IMG/VR virus record: IMGVR_UViG_3300013094_000050
Coordinates: 1-62,206 of that record
Source of the DNA: a virus
Lineage: Duplodnaviria > Caudoviricetes
Strand: one strand, 5' to 3'
Length of the DNA: 62,206 nucleotides
A program made the translations under genes and the position numbers. Positions 49,179 through 59,663 of this stretch are shown piece by piece. The first letter of the stretch is position 1. Every line of letters starts with the position of its first letter. The notes under the pieces are model-generated. The model was given only the letters and a program-made list of their open reading frames with translations, was not told the DNA's origin and did not search any database.

Positions 49179-52100
49179 TTATCCTAATGATAGCACTATA
49201 CCAAGTGCAATATCTGTTGCTTGTGATGTTGTTACACCACTTGCGGCTCCTGCCACACTGGCCCAACTAGTGCCATTATAAATTTCCACATACATGTAGT
49301 TTGGATCATTATTAAAACGCATCATTCCTGTTTCTGTATACTGAAACGCTGGATAATTTGTTGTATTTCCTACTGGTATTACAACACCGTATGATCCTCC
49401 AATTTGAACATATCCTGATCCTGCTGCCTCTGTAACAACAGTAGAATATGGTACATTCTGCGGTGGAGTAACATAGTATGTTCCTAAACCATTTGTAGTT
49501 CCTGAAACTTGTGCTGTTATAATTGTACCGGTTGTTATACCAGATCCACTAATTGTATTTCCAATTGTTACTGATCCAGAAATAACCGATGTCACTGTTA
49601 ATAATACAGGAGTACTAGTAACAGTTTCGTTAGTTATTGCTGAAACATAGTTAATATTTATAGTCCACGAACTTGACGAACTTGTTCCAGTGCCTGAAAT
49701 ATTTGATACAATATAAGTACCTGGAGTAATTCCTGATCCACTTAATGAATCGCCTACTGCTAAACCAGTACCGCTGGTACCAAATGGTGACAAATTACTG
49801 TATGAAACATTTCCGCTACCGGCTTGAGATACTGTTTCATTGTTACTAGTATCAATTAAATCGTTAGCACTATTACTTGCTAATAACAATATTGCTGTTC
49901 CAGTAACAGCAGTCAATGGGCCTGTAGGAACAGTTATTGTTGTAGTTGTAGGATCATACACTGACGTTCCTATAACTATTCGTAAGTTAGTTAATTCTCC
50001 TGAAAATAAATTTGTTCCAGATAAAGATGCGCCGATAGTAGTTGTGTTGCTACCATAATTTAGATTATTAGTAATTGCACCCGACGTTGAACGAACTCCA
50101 TTGATGAATACAGTTTCAATTAACGAACTATTACGTACAATCACTAAGTGATTCCAAGTATTTGTAGCAAACGACACTGCGTAACTGTTTGTTGTACCAC
50201 CGACATATTGCACATCTACTGAAGACGAAGATATTGATAAAGAATACCCGCCAGCTCCGGCTCCTAGAATAGTTTGAGTACCAGTTGAAGATGTGTAGAA
50301 GAAAAATTCAATAGTGTAAGCAATACCGCCGACACCGAATCCAGGAGACATATTCAAATAGTTTGTTGAACCATCAAATGAAATACTTCCTCCGAATAAA
50401 CTTCCAGGAGGGCTGCTAACAGTTAATATATTTCCAGAAATTGATCCTGTAAATGTATTTGAAGGTTGTGATGCAATTGTACCTTGAAAAGAAGAATTAC
50501 TTGCACTAGTATTTGTAAACAATGTTACAGCGTTGGTTGCTGTATTTGTAATACTGTTACCGTTGAATAACAAATTACCAACTTGCACACCTCCACTTCC
50601 AGATGTTGTAAAATTGATATCAGTATTTGAAGACAATGCACTGATGTTGTTACCGGTAATACTTAGTTGGCTAGTTTCAAAATTTGTTGCATACAATTTT
50701 GTACTATCAATAGTTGCTGTTAATGTATTTCCAGCATAAAAACTAAGAACGTTGTTTCCAGCTCCGGGAGAACTTTCTGGAGTAATATATGTCTGTCCGT
50801 TTACACTTTGTACTCCACCTAAGTTTGTCCAGTATCCGTTAGAATATCCTTCATAACGATTATGATCGGTATTATAGCGAATCATACCATTTGCCGGTGA
50901 ACTTGGTTCTTGCAAAGTAGTTCCCGCTGGCACTTGTAAACTTTGATTACTATTAATTATAACACTTCCGGTACCTTGTGGAGTTAATGTAATATCGGAA
51001 TTAGTAATTGTCGACGCAATGGTATTACTTGTGACACTTAATCCTTCTATCACAACACTTCCTGTACCATTACCAGTTAAAATTAAATTGCTATTTGTAG
51101 TACTTGTAGTAATAGTGCTGGGACTACCTGGAGGTGCTATTATAATATTACCAATAGTCCATTCGCCGGATACACTTAAATCACCGTTTACAGTAACATT
51201 TCCGCTAGTGCTGAAATTTCCAGTTTGTGTAAAATCACCAGTCTGTGTCAGTGCACCGGTAATACCAACTGCATGTAACGTGCTAGTTCCGGTAACACTT
51301 AATGTGCCACCAACAGTGGCATTTCCATCTAATGTAGCATTACTAGTAATCTCGACTTGCTGACCGCTGTATGCAGCTATTTGTAAGTTAGTTCCAGATT
51401 GTGTTCCAGTAATTGTACTACCACTAATAGTTACATCAGGTAATGTTAATGTACCTGTGCTAGTGATAGCACCAGAATTAATTGTACCAGTTGTACTGAA
51501 ATTACCACTTGTTTGTGTGAAATCTCCAGTTTGTGTCAGTGCCCCAGTAATACCAACTGCATGCAATGTACTAGTTCCAGTGACACTTAATGTACCACCA
51601 ACAGTAGTATTTCCATCTAATGTAGCATCGCTAGTAATCTCAACTTGTTGACCACTATACGGAGTTAATGTTAAATTAGTAGCAGTGGTAGTCCCAGTAA
51701 TTGTACTACCGCTAATAGTTACATCAGGTAATGTTAATGTACCTGTACTAGTGATAGCACCAGAATTAATTGTACCAGTTGTACTGAAATTACCACTTGT
51801 TTGTGTGAAATCACCAGTTTGTGTTAATGTACCAGTGATGCCAACTGCGTGTAATGTACTAGTTCCAGTGACACTTAATGTACCACCAACAGTAGTATTT
51901 CCATCTAACGTAGCATCACTAGTAATTTCAACAGCTTTTCCGCTATACGGAGTTAATGTTAAATTAGTAGCAGTGGTAGTTCCAGTAATTGTACTACCAC
52001 TAATAGTTACATCAGGTAATGTTAGTGTACCAGTCGATGTAATCGCACCAGAATTAATTGTACCGGTTGTACTGAAATTACCACTTGTTTGTGTGAAATC

Positions 52101-55100
52101 TCCAGTTTGTGTTAATGTACCAGTAATACCAACTGCTTGTAATGATGTTGTACCAGATGTAACTGTTAAATTATTACTAATTGTTACATTTTGATCGACT
52201 TGAACATTGTTGCTAGGAATATATACACGACCTGTTCCATTTGGTACTAATTGTAAATCTGAATTGCTAGATGCGGTACTTATAGTGTTACTATTAACTG
52301 TAACATTTCCGATATAAGCAGAATTAAAATATGCATTATTCCAATTTAGTGAACTTGTACCTAAATCATACGCTGAAGTCGTTGCAGGAATTAAATCACT
52401 GTTAATACCAGCAACAAAGTTAACAGTATCGGAAGTTTGATTACCAATAGTAATATTTCCGCCGATAGTAGTGTCTCCAGTTACACTTAAATTACCGGTT
52501 ATATATGTATTATTTTGTAAATTAATATGGCCACTTGCGGCAGTAACATTTATATCTCCTGTTACGCTTTGTATTGTATTACCGCTAATTTTAATATTGC
52601 CAGTATCTATTTCTCCTGGTAATATACTAGTTGTATGTACACCATCTGTAAATGTTACTGCTGTAGCAGTAGTAATCGAAAGAGCTTGGCCGTTGAAAGT
52701 AACTATTCCAGTTTTTTGATTTACTGAAAAATATTGACCTACGTTAAATTGTCCAGCATTGTCAACAGCCGTATAATAAATTTCAGCACCATTGACTTGA
52801 GTGATTTCGTTAGCAACAATTTGAGTCGACGGATCATCTGTAGATAATAGTCCAGATCCAATATAAGAAAAATTATGGCTAACTAGATATGCTTTAACGC
52901 CTTGGCCGTCGCCCCATATACCATAATTGCCAAAACTAAATGCAGACCCAATGATACGCATTTCGACACCGAAATCGCTATAGTCGGCAAAATTAATAAT
53001 GCTTGCAGTACCACCTGCACTTGTTCTTAAATTTTGCTGAGTATATCCGTCGTCTACAAATACAGTTGATCCGTTGGTGCCATCAAAATGCAACATTAAT
53101 ACTGTATTGGTATCTGAAGTTAATGCAACCGAAGACGGAGTAAAGTTTGTAGTATATTTTGCAACACCTTTTTCAATTCTTAAATCGTCGATGTATCCGC
53201 CCAACGGAAGAGTTGCGTTATAACGTGCACCGATAACTAACGGACCTTGAATATATGTATTATTGTCAGTATACGTACTACCGCTTTGTGTTCCATTAAC
53301 AAACATTTTGGTGCTTGTGCCAGATTTGGCTATAGCAATATGTGTCCAAGTGTTCAGAGGGACAGCGGCAGAACCAGTAACCATTGTATTGCCCGCACCC
53401 CACGCTATAATTGGAACATACGTAGCAGACAAATAAACTACTAAACCTACATCGGTACTAGTGTTTCTTAAATCAGCAAGATATTGAATAGCGCCGGCGT
53501 TGCCAGTTCTGTAGACCCACATTTCAATAGTCCAAGCACTTGAACCAAACGCAAAATCTACATTAGTTGGAATTGTAGCGTAATCAGTTGTGCCATTCAA
53601 TGCTAAACTTGCTGTTCCAAATTTCTTAACACTAGCTGATAGGTTGGCACCGCCCTGTGCGTATACAGTTTTGCCAGGGCGATCTGTAATTGTTTGGAAG
53701 CCTAGATGTCTTCCATTTATGTATACGTATTGTCCGCTGATACTGCTAATAGTACCAGATGCTAAAACAGTCACACCGTCTGTATCGTAGTATGTTAATG
53801 TATTACCTACTGCCCATGTTCCAATTTGAGAATTAATTCTTAATTTTGTTCGGCCTGCTCCTGCAAACCCAGGTGTACTTGAATAAAGATAAACAGCTCT
53901 GTTAGCAAAGTATGTAAAACTATTAACCCATTCCATACGAACACCGTTAGTTGCTGTTATAGCATCTTGATTAGGTATAAAAAATGTAACGCCATGGAAT
54001 AACATACTAGCACGTAGACTAGCTGAATTAACTACACTACCATCAGCAAACACACCTTTACCAGCATCACCTTGATTAAATCCGTAAGGATCTCCTGAAC
54101 TGGTTACACTACCTCTAGTGATAATTGTTAGATTTCTAATGTAGGGGCTGCGTGTTGTTGTTAAAAAGTTATTAGCAAATCTGAATCCATAACCAGTATT
54201 TGCACCGCTATTGTATAAAAATCCTGTTAATGTGAAATCTTCAAGAGTAGTTTCTCCGTTTAATAAAAACGCATCATTAGATTTAGTACCGGCAGTTGGT
54301 TGAATAATAACTGCTCGAATTCCAGTTCCACGTAATGTAACACCTTCGGGAACTGTTAATGGGAATATTTCTGAATAAGTTCCTGGATACACATAAACAG
54401 TAGTTCCGCTAGTAGCAACACTCAATGCATGTGCAATAGTTAAAAATGGATTATTTTCATGCACTCCAGCATTACTATCACTACCAGTAGTTGATACGTA
54501 TATAATATTACCTTGAGGCAATACCAAATTAATACCATTAGCAGTAATAGTAGATGTTGTAAGACTACTGGTGTTTACTGTGTTTACATAAGCATTTGCC
54601 CATGCTAAACTGTTTGATCCTAAATCATAGTGGTTGTTTTGATTTGGAATGATACTGCTAGCAACTTCTGCATCAAAAGTAACTGTGTCGGTACTAGCAT
54701 TACCTAATGTTATATTACCATCTGCGGTAATATTGCCAGTAGCATGTAAATCTCCAGTTACTAGAACATTGCTGTTTAAGTTAATTACACCAGAACCGTT
54801 AGCGGTAATATTAATAGCACCATTAGTGTTAGTTGCACTAATTGTATTTCCAGTTAAACTAAGATTGCCAATGTCAGCAGTGCCTTGATACACTACAGCG
54901 CTTGAACCATTGGGTGTTAAATTAATTGTTGAATTTGTACTGGAAATTGTACTACCAGAAATTGTAAAAGTTCCGATAGTTGAAGATGTACTTGCGTATA
55001 AATTGGTAGTACGAGTAGTGCCGTTTATATCTAAATCATATTGTGGTGATGCATTTTTAATGCCCACGCGGCTGTTTACAACATCTAAGTAAAGTAAGTT

Positions 55101-55178
55101 CGTCTCAAAGGCTAAATCAACCCCATTGCGAAGGAGGTTATCCTTTAAGAGCGGACCCGAAATTCGACCAACAGCCAT
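49179..55178 (-). CDS. Large tail-fibre-like protein (1999 aa) with a beta-helix-like domain, two LamG/ConA-like domains and 96-aa repeats
   Basis: GRISGPLL start; YVS..GSD.N.G motif; WTIEMWVY...WTHIAIAKSG...GYIDDLRIEKG LamG-like domain; G.IRYN...EGY C-terminal motifs. Confidence 0.85.
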   Translation of the reverse strand: MAVGRISGPLLKDNLLRNGVDLAFETNLLYLDVVNSRVGIKNASPQYDLDINGTTRTTNLYASTSSTIGTFTISGSTISSTNSTINLTPNGSSAVVYQGTADIGNLSLTGNTISATNTNGAINITANGSGVINLNSNVLVTGDLHATGNITADGNITLGNASTDTVTFDAEVASSIIPNQNNHYDLGSNSLAWANAYVNTVNTSSLTTSTITANGINLVLPQGNIIYVSTTGSDSNAGVHENNPFLTIAHALSVATSGTTVYVYPGTYSEIFPLTVPEGVTLRGTGIRAVIIQPTAGTKSNDAFLLNGETTLEDFTLTGFLYNSGANTGYGFRFANNFLTTTRSPYIRNLTIITRGSVTSSGDPYGFNQGDAGKGVFADGSVVNSASLRASMLFHGVTFFIPNQDAITATNGVRMEWVNSFTYFANRAVYLYSSTPGFAGAGRTKLRINSQIGTWAVGNTLTYYDTDGVTVLASGTISSISGQYVYINGRHLGFQTITDRPGKTVYAQGGANLSASVKKFGTASLALNGTTDYATIPTNVDFAFGSSAWTIEMWVYRTGNAGAIQYLADLRNTSTDVGLVVYLSATYVPIIAWGAGNTMVTGSAAVPLNTWTHIAIAKSGTSTKMFVNGTQSGSTYTDNNTYIQGPLVIGARYNATLPLGGYIDDLRIEKGVAKYTTNFTPSSVALTSDTNTVLMLHFDGTNGSTVFVDDGYTQQNLRTSAGGTASIINFADYSDFGVEMRIIGSAFSFGNYGIWGDGQGVKAYLVSHNFSYIGSGLLSTDDPSTQIVANEITQVNGAEIYYTAVDNAGQFNVGQYFSVNQKTGIVTFNGQALSITTATAVTFTDGVHTTSILPGEIDTGNIKISGNTIQSVTGDINVTAASGHINLQNNTYITGNLSVTGDTTIGGNITIGNQTSDTVNFVAGINSDLIPATTSAYDLGTSSLNWNNAYFNSAYIGNVTVNSNTISTASSNSDLQLVPNGTGRVYIPSNNVQVDQNVTISNNLTVTSGTTSLQAVGITGTLTQTGDFTQTSGNFSTTGTINSGAITSTGTLTLPDVTISGSTITGTTTATNLTLTPYSGKAVEITSDATLDGNTTVGGTLSVTGTSTLHAVGITGTLTQTGDFTQTSGNFSTTGTINSGAITSTGTLTLPDVTISGSTITGTTTATNLTLTPYSGQQVEITSDATLDGNTTVGGTLSVTGTSTLHAVGITGALTQTGDFTQTSGNFSTTGTINSGAITSTGTLTLPDVTISGSTITGTQSGTNLQIAAYSGQQVEITSNATLDGNATVGGTLSVTGTSTLHAVGITGALTQTGDFTQTGNFSTSGNVTVNGDLSVSGEWTIGNIIIAPPGSPSTITTSTTNSNLILTGNGTGSVVIEGLSVTSNTIASTITNSDITLTPQGTGSVIINSNQSLQVPAGTTLQEPSSPANGMIRYNTDHNRYEGYSNGYWTNLGGVQSVNGQTYITPESSPGAGNNVLSFYAGNTLTATIDSTKLYATNFETSQLSITGNNISALSSNTDINFTTSGSGGVQVGNLLFNGNSITNTATNAVTLFTNTSASNSSFQGTIASQPSNTFTGSISGNILTVSSPPGSLFGGSISFDGSTNYLNMSPGFGVGGIAYTIEFFFYTSSTGTQTILGAGAGGYSLSISSSSVDVQYVGGTTNSYAVSFATNTWNHLVIVRNSSLIETVFINGVRSTSGAITNNLNYGSNTTTIGASLSGTNLFSGELTNLRIVIGTSVYDPTTTTITVPTGPLTAVTGTAILLLASNSANDLIDTSNNETVSQAGSGNVSYSNLSPFGTSGTGLAVGDSLSGSGITPGTYIVSNISGTGTSSSSSWTININYVSAITNETVTSTPVLLTVTSVISGSVTIGNTISGSGITTGTIITAQVSGTTNGLGTYYVTPPQNVPYSTVVTEAAGSGYVQIGGSYGVVIPVGNTTNYPAFQYTETGMMRFNNDPNYMYVEIYNGTSWASVAGAASGVTTSQATDIALGIVLSLG
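51210..52145. repeat. 288-bp (96-aa) tandem repeat, about 3.2 copies
   Basis: TTACATCAGGTAATGTTA recurs at 51431, 51719 and 52007. Confidence 0.93.
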
Positions 55179-55304
55179 TTACGCTCCCGTATACCCCGTG
55201 TTTCACGGTTAACCTAGTTTGGGATTGCCCCGCATCCTTTCGGCTCTTTGTCGGTTTACCACAGTTTAATATCGTAAAAACTTGGTCAGTCTTTACAGTA
55301 TTAG
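55179..55304 (-). ncRNA. Candidate structured cis-regulatory 5' leader RNA
   Basis: About 54% GC over 55181-55260 in an AT-rich genome; short stems CC-GAAA-GG, GGG-GCAA-UCC and CCGUG-AAA-CACGG next to the GGGAG RBS. Confidence 0.5.
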
Positions 55305-55312
55305 TATTTAGC
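55305..55312 (-). promoter_or_regulatory. Late promoter GCTAAATA
   Basis: TAAATA core immediately after the upstream stop, defining a leader of about 120 nt. Confidence 0.62.
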
Positions 55313-55320
55313 TGTTTTGG

Positions 55321-58300
55321 TTAGAACCCTAATATGATACTATATATTTCGACTATTGATGCAACTTCGTCTGATGAAATTGAACTACTTGTGCCGTATG
55401 CTTCTACCCATGCTGATCCTGTAAATACTTCAAGAGTAGCTAGTGTCGTGTTGAATCGAGTAGTTCCTGCTGGTGGATTATACGGTCGGTTAACTGAACT
55501 TCCGCTAGGAATAGTTATACCGTATGTACCTCCAAATTTTACATGTCCTTGGCCGGTGCTATTAATTGATAATGCGCCCGATGAAGGAACATATATATTA
55601 TTAACTTGCATACCAGTTCCGTTAAAATAAACAGTTCCAGACGTATTAATATTTGTATTTGTAGATGTATTAAGATTTTCAATTGTATTACCAGATATAC
55701 TTATATTTCCGGCATACATTGTATTATTAGTTAATGCCGTAGAAGTAATTGTTGTGGTGACTGTTCCGTTAATACCAAATCTTAATGTGTTATCCGCTGA
55801 ACCACGTGTTAATTCTGGAGTTATATAAGTTAATTGATTTTGGCTATACAGATTAATAAAATTTACGTATCCAGTATTGTTATAACCTTCTATGTTGTAA
55901 GTTAAATCGTTAAATCTAATTTGTCCGTTAGTTGTTAATACATCTAAACTATCGTCGCTGACTGGTATTTTTAAGCTAGTCGTTGCATTTATTGTAACAT
56001 TGCCAGTTCCCGACGGCGATAAAATAATGCTTTTTTGTAAAGTTGTTGGAGTAGGGTGAGTAGTTTGACTAACTGAATATGACTGCCCAGGTTGAAATAC
56101 AGCGCCCCCACTAGCTGTTATACTTACATTATTTCCTGCAATAGAAGTCGAAGTAACATAGGTATTAGCAGACATTCCTGGACCTGTAATATACCAAGTA
56201 CCGATACTGTAGTTTGCTGCGTAATAATCCCAACCTGTTTGGCTATGATTCAATACTTGAGAAAATATACTTGTATTTGATGCAATAAGATTAGAATTTA
56301 ATTCACTAGAAGTGGTGTTAAGTCCACTTAATGTTCGGGCAAATGTATTTGTTATAGAGCTATTATTAAAACTTAAATCTTCAATAAGAACATTACCGGT
56401 TCCGTTACCATTGAAGGTAATATTGTGTCCAGTTATTGAATTAGTAATCGTACTATTGTCAAAATTAAATTCGCCAATATTAGTGTATGTACCATATACA
56501 TACAAATTACCACCTGTAGTAGTTAACTTACCATTAATAATACTGTTGCCAGTTTGATTAAAATCCCCAGTCTGTGTTATGGCGACGGATGTGACATCAT
56601 TTGAAAATGTTGTTAATCCAGAAGTAACTGCTAATGTTCCACTAATAGAAACATTATCATTAAATTTTGCACTAGTTATTTCTACATTATTGCCAGCCGG
56701 AGATGTCAATTTTAAGTTTGTATTAGTAATTCCAGAAATTACACTACTATTAATTTCAATTGTTGGTAATATTAACGGATTGGCAGCAGTTATGTTGCCT
56801 ACATTAGTTATTGCTCCTAATGTAGCATTACCGGTAATATTATAACTACCACTTTGTGTAATCGCTCCGGATGTGACATCATTTGAAAATGTTGTTAATC
56901 CAGAAGTAACTGCTAATGTTCCACTAATAGAAACATTGTGATCAAATTTAGTAGCTCCAGTAACTTCGACATTTTTTCCGGTATACGGAGTTAACTTTAA
57001 GTTACTTCCGGACACTAGCCCTAATATTGTACTGTTATTAATTTCAACTGTTGGTAATATTAACGGATTGGCAGCAGTTATGTTGCCTACGTTAGTTATT
57101 GCTCCTAGTGTAGCATTGCCGGTAATATTATAACTACCACTTTGTGTAATTGCTCCGCTAGTAACATCACTTGAAAATGTTGTTAGTCCAGATGTAACAC
57201 CTAATGTTCCGCTAATAGAAACATTGTGATCAAATTTAGTAGCTCCAGTAACTTCGACATTTTTTCCAGTATATGGCGTTAATTTTAAGTTACTGCCGGA
57301 CACAAGTCCAGTAATTACAGTGCCGTTAATTTCAATTGTTGGTAATATTAACGGATTGGCAGCAGTTATGTTGCTTGCATTAGTTATTGCTCCTAATGTA
57401 GCATTACCGGTAATATTATAACTACCACTTTGTGTAATTGCATTAGAAGTTGTATTTTTTAGACTAGTTGTACCATTTGTAGTTAGCGCTTGCCCAATTG
57501 TTAAATTGTTATTAATTTGTACATTTGCATTAGGTACATAAATTTTGCCTGAGCCATTTGCCGTTAAACGCAGATCGGTATTGGTAGTAAGGGTGGAAAT
57601 TGTACTGCCAGTAATCTGTGTAGTACCTGTAATATCGATTAGCTGTGCATATAAATTTCTCCAAATATATGAACTAGATCCTAAATTAAACGCATTATTT
57701 GCATCAGGTTTTATTGTCTGTGTAAGATAATCGACAATTGTTACTGTATCGTATGCTTGTCCGCCTAATGTAAGATTTCCATCGATAATAACATTTTCAG
57801 TTATTGCTAAATTTCCAGTTATTGCTACATTAGTATTCAATGTAGTAGTACCACTATATGCTAAGAAATTAGTATTACCTGCTAACGAATCTATATTGTT
57901 ATCATGTATACGAATATTAGCAATTATAATATCAGCTGCTTCTATTAAAGTTTGTCCGTTTAACCCTTCAAGTGAAATACTTCCGTTTGCAGCAAAATTA
58001 AGTGTCTGTGCATTGAATGTAACTGTACCATTTTGTTGATTAACGTAAAAAATATCACCTATTCGATAATCACCAATTTGATCAACACTGTCATAGTATA
58101 TTGTTCCACCGTTTATAGCAACAACTTCATTAGCTTGAATTACTAAAGATTCGTCGTCGCTAGTATCTGCACCAGTGCCAACATATCCAAAATTATGTCC
58201 TACAATATGCCCTAATGTATTGGCACCGTCGGCTACAACTCCATATGTTCCAAACACATTGGCGCTGTTTATAGTTCTTAACTCGGCGCCAAATTTAACT

Positions 58301-59649
58301 CCTAGATTTGCATAACCGGCTGTACCTTGTGTTAAGTAAATTCCTCGTTTTGCAAAATATGTAAAACTATTAACACTTTCAGATCTTGCACCATTTGTTA
58401 CAGTTATTGCATTTTGATTTGGTGTAAAGAATGTTGCACCGTAAAATAATATTGATGCTTGAATACTCGATGAATTGACTACACTACCATCGATATATGC
58501 TCCGCCACCTGCATCACCTGTATTAAATCCTCGGGGATCCGCGCTACTTGTCACACTGCCAGAAGTTAAAACAGTAACTTGATAGATATAAGGACTTTTT
58601 GCAGTTGCTAGATAGTTATTAGCAAACTTAAATGCATACCCTGTATTGTTTGTTGCATTGTAGTAGAAATTTGAGATTGTTAAAAATGATACAGTAGTTT
58701 CACCATTTAATAAAAATGCATCTTTGGAATTAGTACCGACTGTTGGTTGAATTGTAACTGATCTTATTCCTGCGCCGCGAACAGATACACCTTGTGGTAT
58801 AGTTAATGGAAATATTTCTGTATATGTACCTGGAAATATTACAACTTCAGTACCAGTAGTTGCTACTGATAATGCTTGTTTAACTGTTCTAAATGGTGCG
58901 TGTTGATGAATTCCGCTGTTCGTATCACTACCATTCACTGAAACATAAATTGTATTACCTGGCGATAATGTTAAATTTATATTGTTTGCAGTAATATTAT
59001 TAGTGATAATATTAGTAGCATTAACATTAGTTGTATATAATGTTTTCCAATTTGATGATAAGGTTCCTAAATTATTATACACCAAGCCTGAAGGAATAAT
59101 ACTACTACTAATTTCTGCATCGAAAGTAATTGTATCAGTGTTAGCATTGCCTAATGTAATATTACCGTCCCAAGTAATATTACCGGTTGCATGCAAGTCG
59201 CCTGAAACAGTTGTTGTTACACTTCCATTTCCATTTGCAAAACTTATTATGCCTGATCCGTTTGGAGTAATGTTAATACTATCATTAGTAACAGTATCTG
59301 AAATTGTATTAGCAAGTATGTTTAAGTTATCAGTTGCTAATCCAGATATTACAATCGTAGGATTACTTGATTGATTTGGACTGATAGTAATACCACTAGT
59401 TACTTGTTGAATAGTGTTGCCACTAATAACCCAATTGCCGATATCAGCAGTAGTTGTAACTAATAAGTTTGTTGTGTTTACAGCAGTAGGTGCATAAACT
59501 TCTGTAACTGGTGCGTTTGAATTAAAGCCAACGCGACCATTGTTTACGTCAATATATAATACTTGTGTATCAAAGGCAAGATTTACACCGTTACGCTTTA
59601 AGTTATCTGCTAGTAACGGGCCACTGATTCTACCTAGTTCGCGCCCCAT
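55321..59649 (-). CDS. Large tail-fibre-like protein (1442 aa), paralog of 49179..55178
   Basis: GRISGPLLADNLKRNG start; colinear PGTY.EIFPLT.P.GV, DAFLLNGETT and TYITPE motifs. Confidence 0.85.
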   Translation of the reverse strand: MGRELGRISGPLLADNLKRNGVNLAFDTQVLYIDVNNGRVGFNSNAPVTEVYAPTAVNTTNLLVTTTADIGNWVISGNTIQQVTSGITISPNQSSNPTIVISGLATDNLNILANTISDTVTNDSINITPNGSGIISFANGNGSVTTTVSGDLHATGNITWDGNITLGNANTDTITFDAEISSSIIPSGLVYNNLGTLSSNWKTLYTTNVNATNIITNNITANNINLTLSPGNTIYVSVNGSDTNSGIHQHAPFRTVKQALSVATTGTEVVIFPGTYTEIFPLTIPQGVSVRGAGIRSVTIQPTVGTNSKDAFLLNGETTVSFLTISNFYYNATNNTGYAFKFANNYLATAKSPYIYQVTVLTSGSVTSSADPRGFNTGDAGGGAYIDGSVVNSSSIQASILFYGATFFTPNQNAITVTNGARSESVNSFTYFAKRGIYLTQGTAGYANLGVKFGAELRTINSANVFGTYGVVADGANTLGHIVGHNFGYVGTGADTSDDESLVIQANEVVAINGGTIYYDSVDQIGDYRIGDIFYVNQQNGTVTFNAQTLNFAANGSISLEGLNGQTLIEAADIIIANIRIHDNNIDSLAGNTNFLAYSGTTTLNTNVAITGNLAITENVIIDGNLTLGGQAYDTVTIVDYLTQTIKPDANNAFNLGSSSYIWRNLYAQLIDITGTTQITGSTISTLTTNTDLRLTANGSGKIYVPNANVQINNNLTIGQALTTNGTTSLKNTTSNAITQSGSYNITGNATLGAITNASNITAANPLILPTIEINGTVITGLVSGSNLKLTPYTGKNVEVTGATKFDHNVSISGTLGVTSGLTTFSSDVTSGAITQSGSYNITGNATLGAITNVGNITAANPLILPTVEINNSTILGLVSGSNLKLTPYTGKNVEVTGATKFDHNVSISGTLAVTSGLTTFSNDVTSGAITQSGSYNITGNATLGAITNVGNITAANPLILPTIEINSSVISGITNTNLKLTSPAGNNVEITSAKFNDNVSISGTLAVTSGLTTFSNDVTSVAITQTGDFNQTGNSIINGKLTTTGGNLYVYGTYTNIGEFNFDNSTITNSITGHNITFNGNGTGNVLIEDLSFNNSSITNTFARTLSGLNTTSSELNSNLIASNTSIFSQVLNHSQTGWDYYAANYSIGTWYITGPGMSANTYVTSTSIAGNNVSITASGGAVFQPGQSYSVSQTTHPTPTTLQKSIILSPSGTGNVTINATTSLKIPVSDDSLDVLTTNGQIRFNDLTYNIEGYNNTGYVNFINLYSQNQLTYITPELTRGSADNTLRFGINGTVTTTITSTALTNNTMYAGNISISGNTIENLNTSTNTNINTSGTVYFNGTGMQVNNIYVPSSGALSINSTGQGHVKFGGTYGITIPSGSSVNRPYNPPAGTTRFNTTLATLEVFTGSAWVEAYGTSSSISSDEVASIVEIYSIILGF
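56575..57450. repeat. 288-bp (96-aa) tandem repeat, about 3 copies
   Basis: CCGGTAATATTATAACTACCACTTTGTGTAAT recurs at 56831, 57119 and 57407. Confidence 0.93.
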
Positions 59650-59663
59650 GATTGTGATTTACC

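Noticed and set aside
55179-55304. tRNA, hammerhead ribozyme or confident c-di-GMP riboswitch
   Set aside because: No cloverleaf or T-loop, no CUGAnGA core, and only a partial resemblance to c-di-GMP-I; kept as an unassigned structured leader
51210-57450. CRISPR array
   Set aside because: The repeats are 288-bp in-frame coding units without unique spacers
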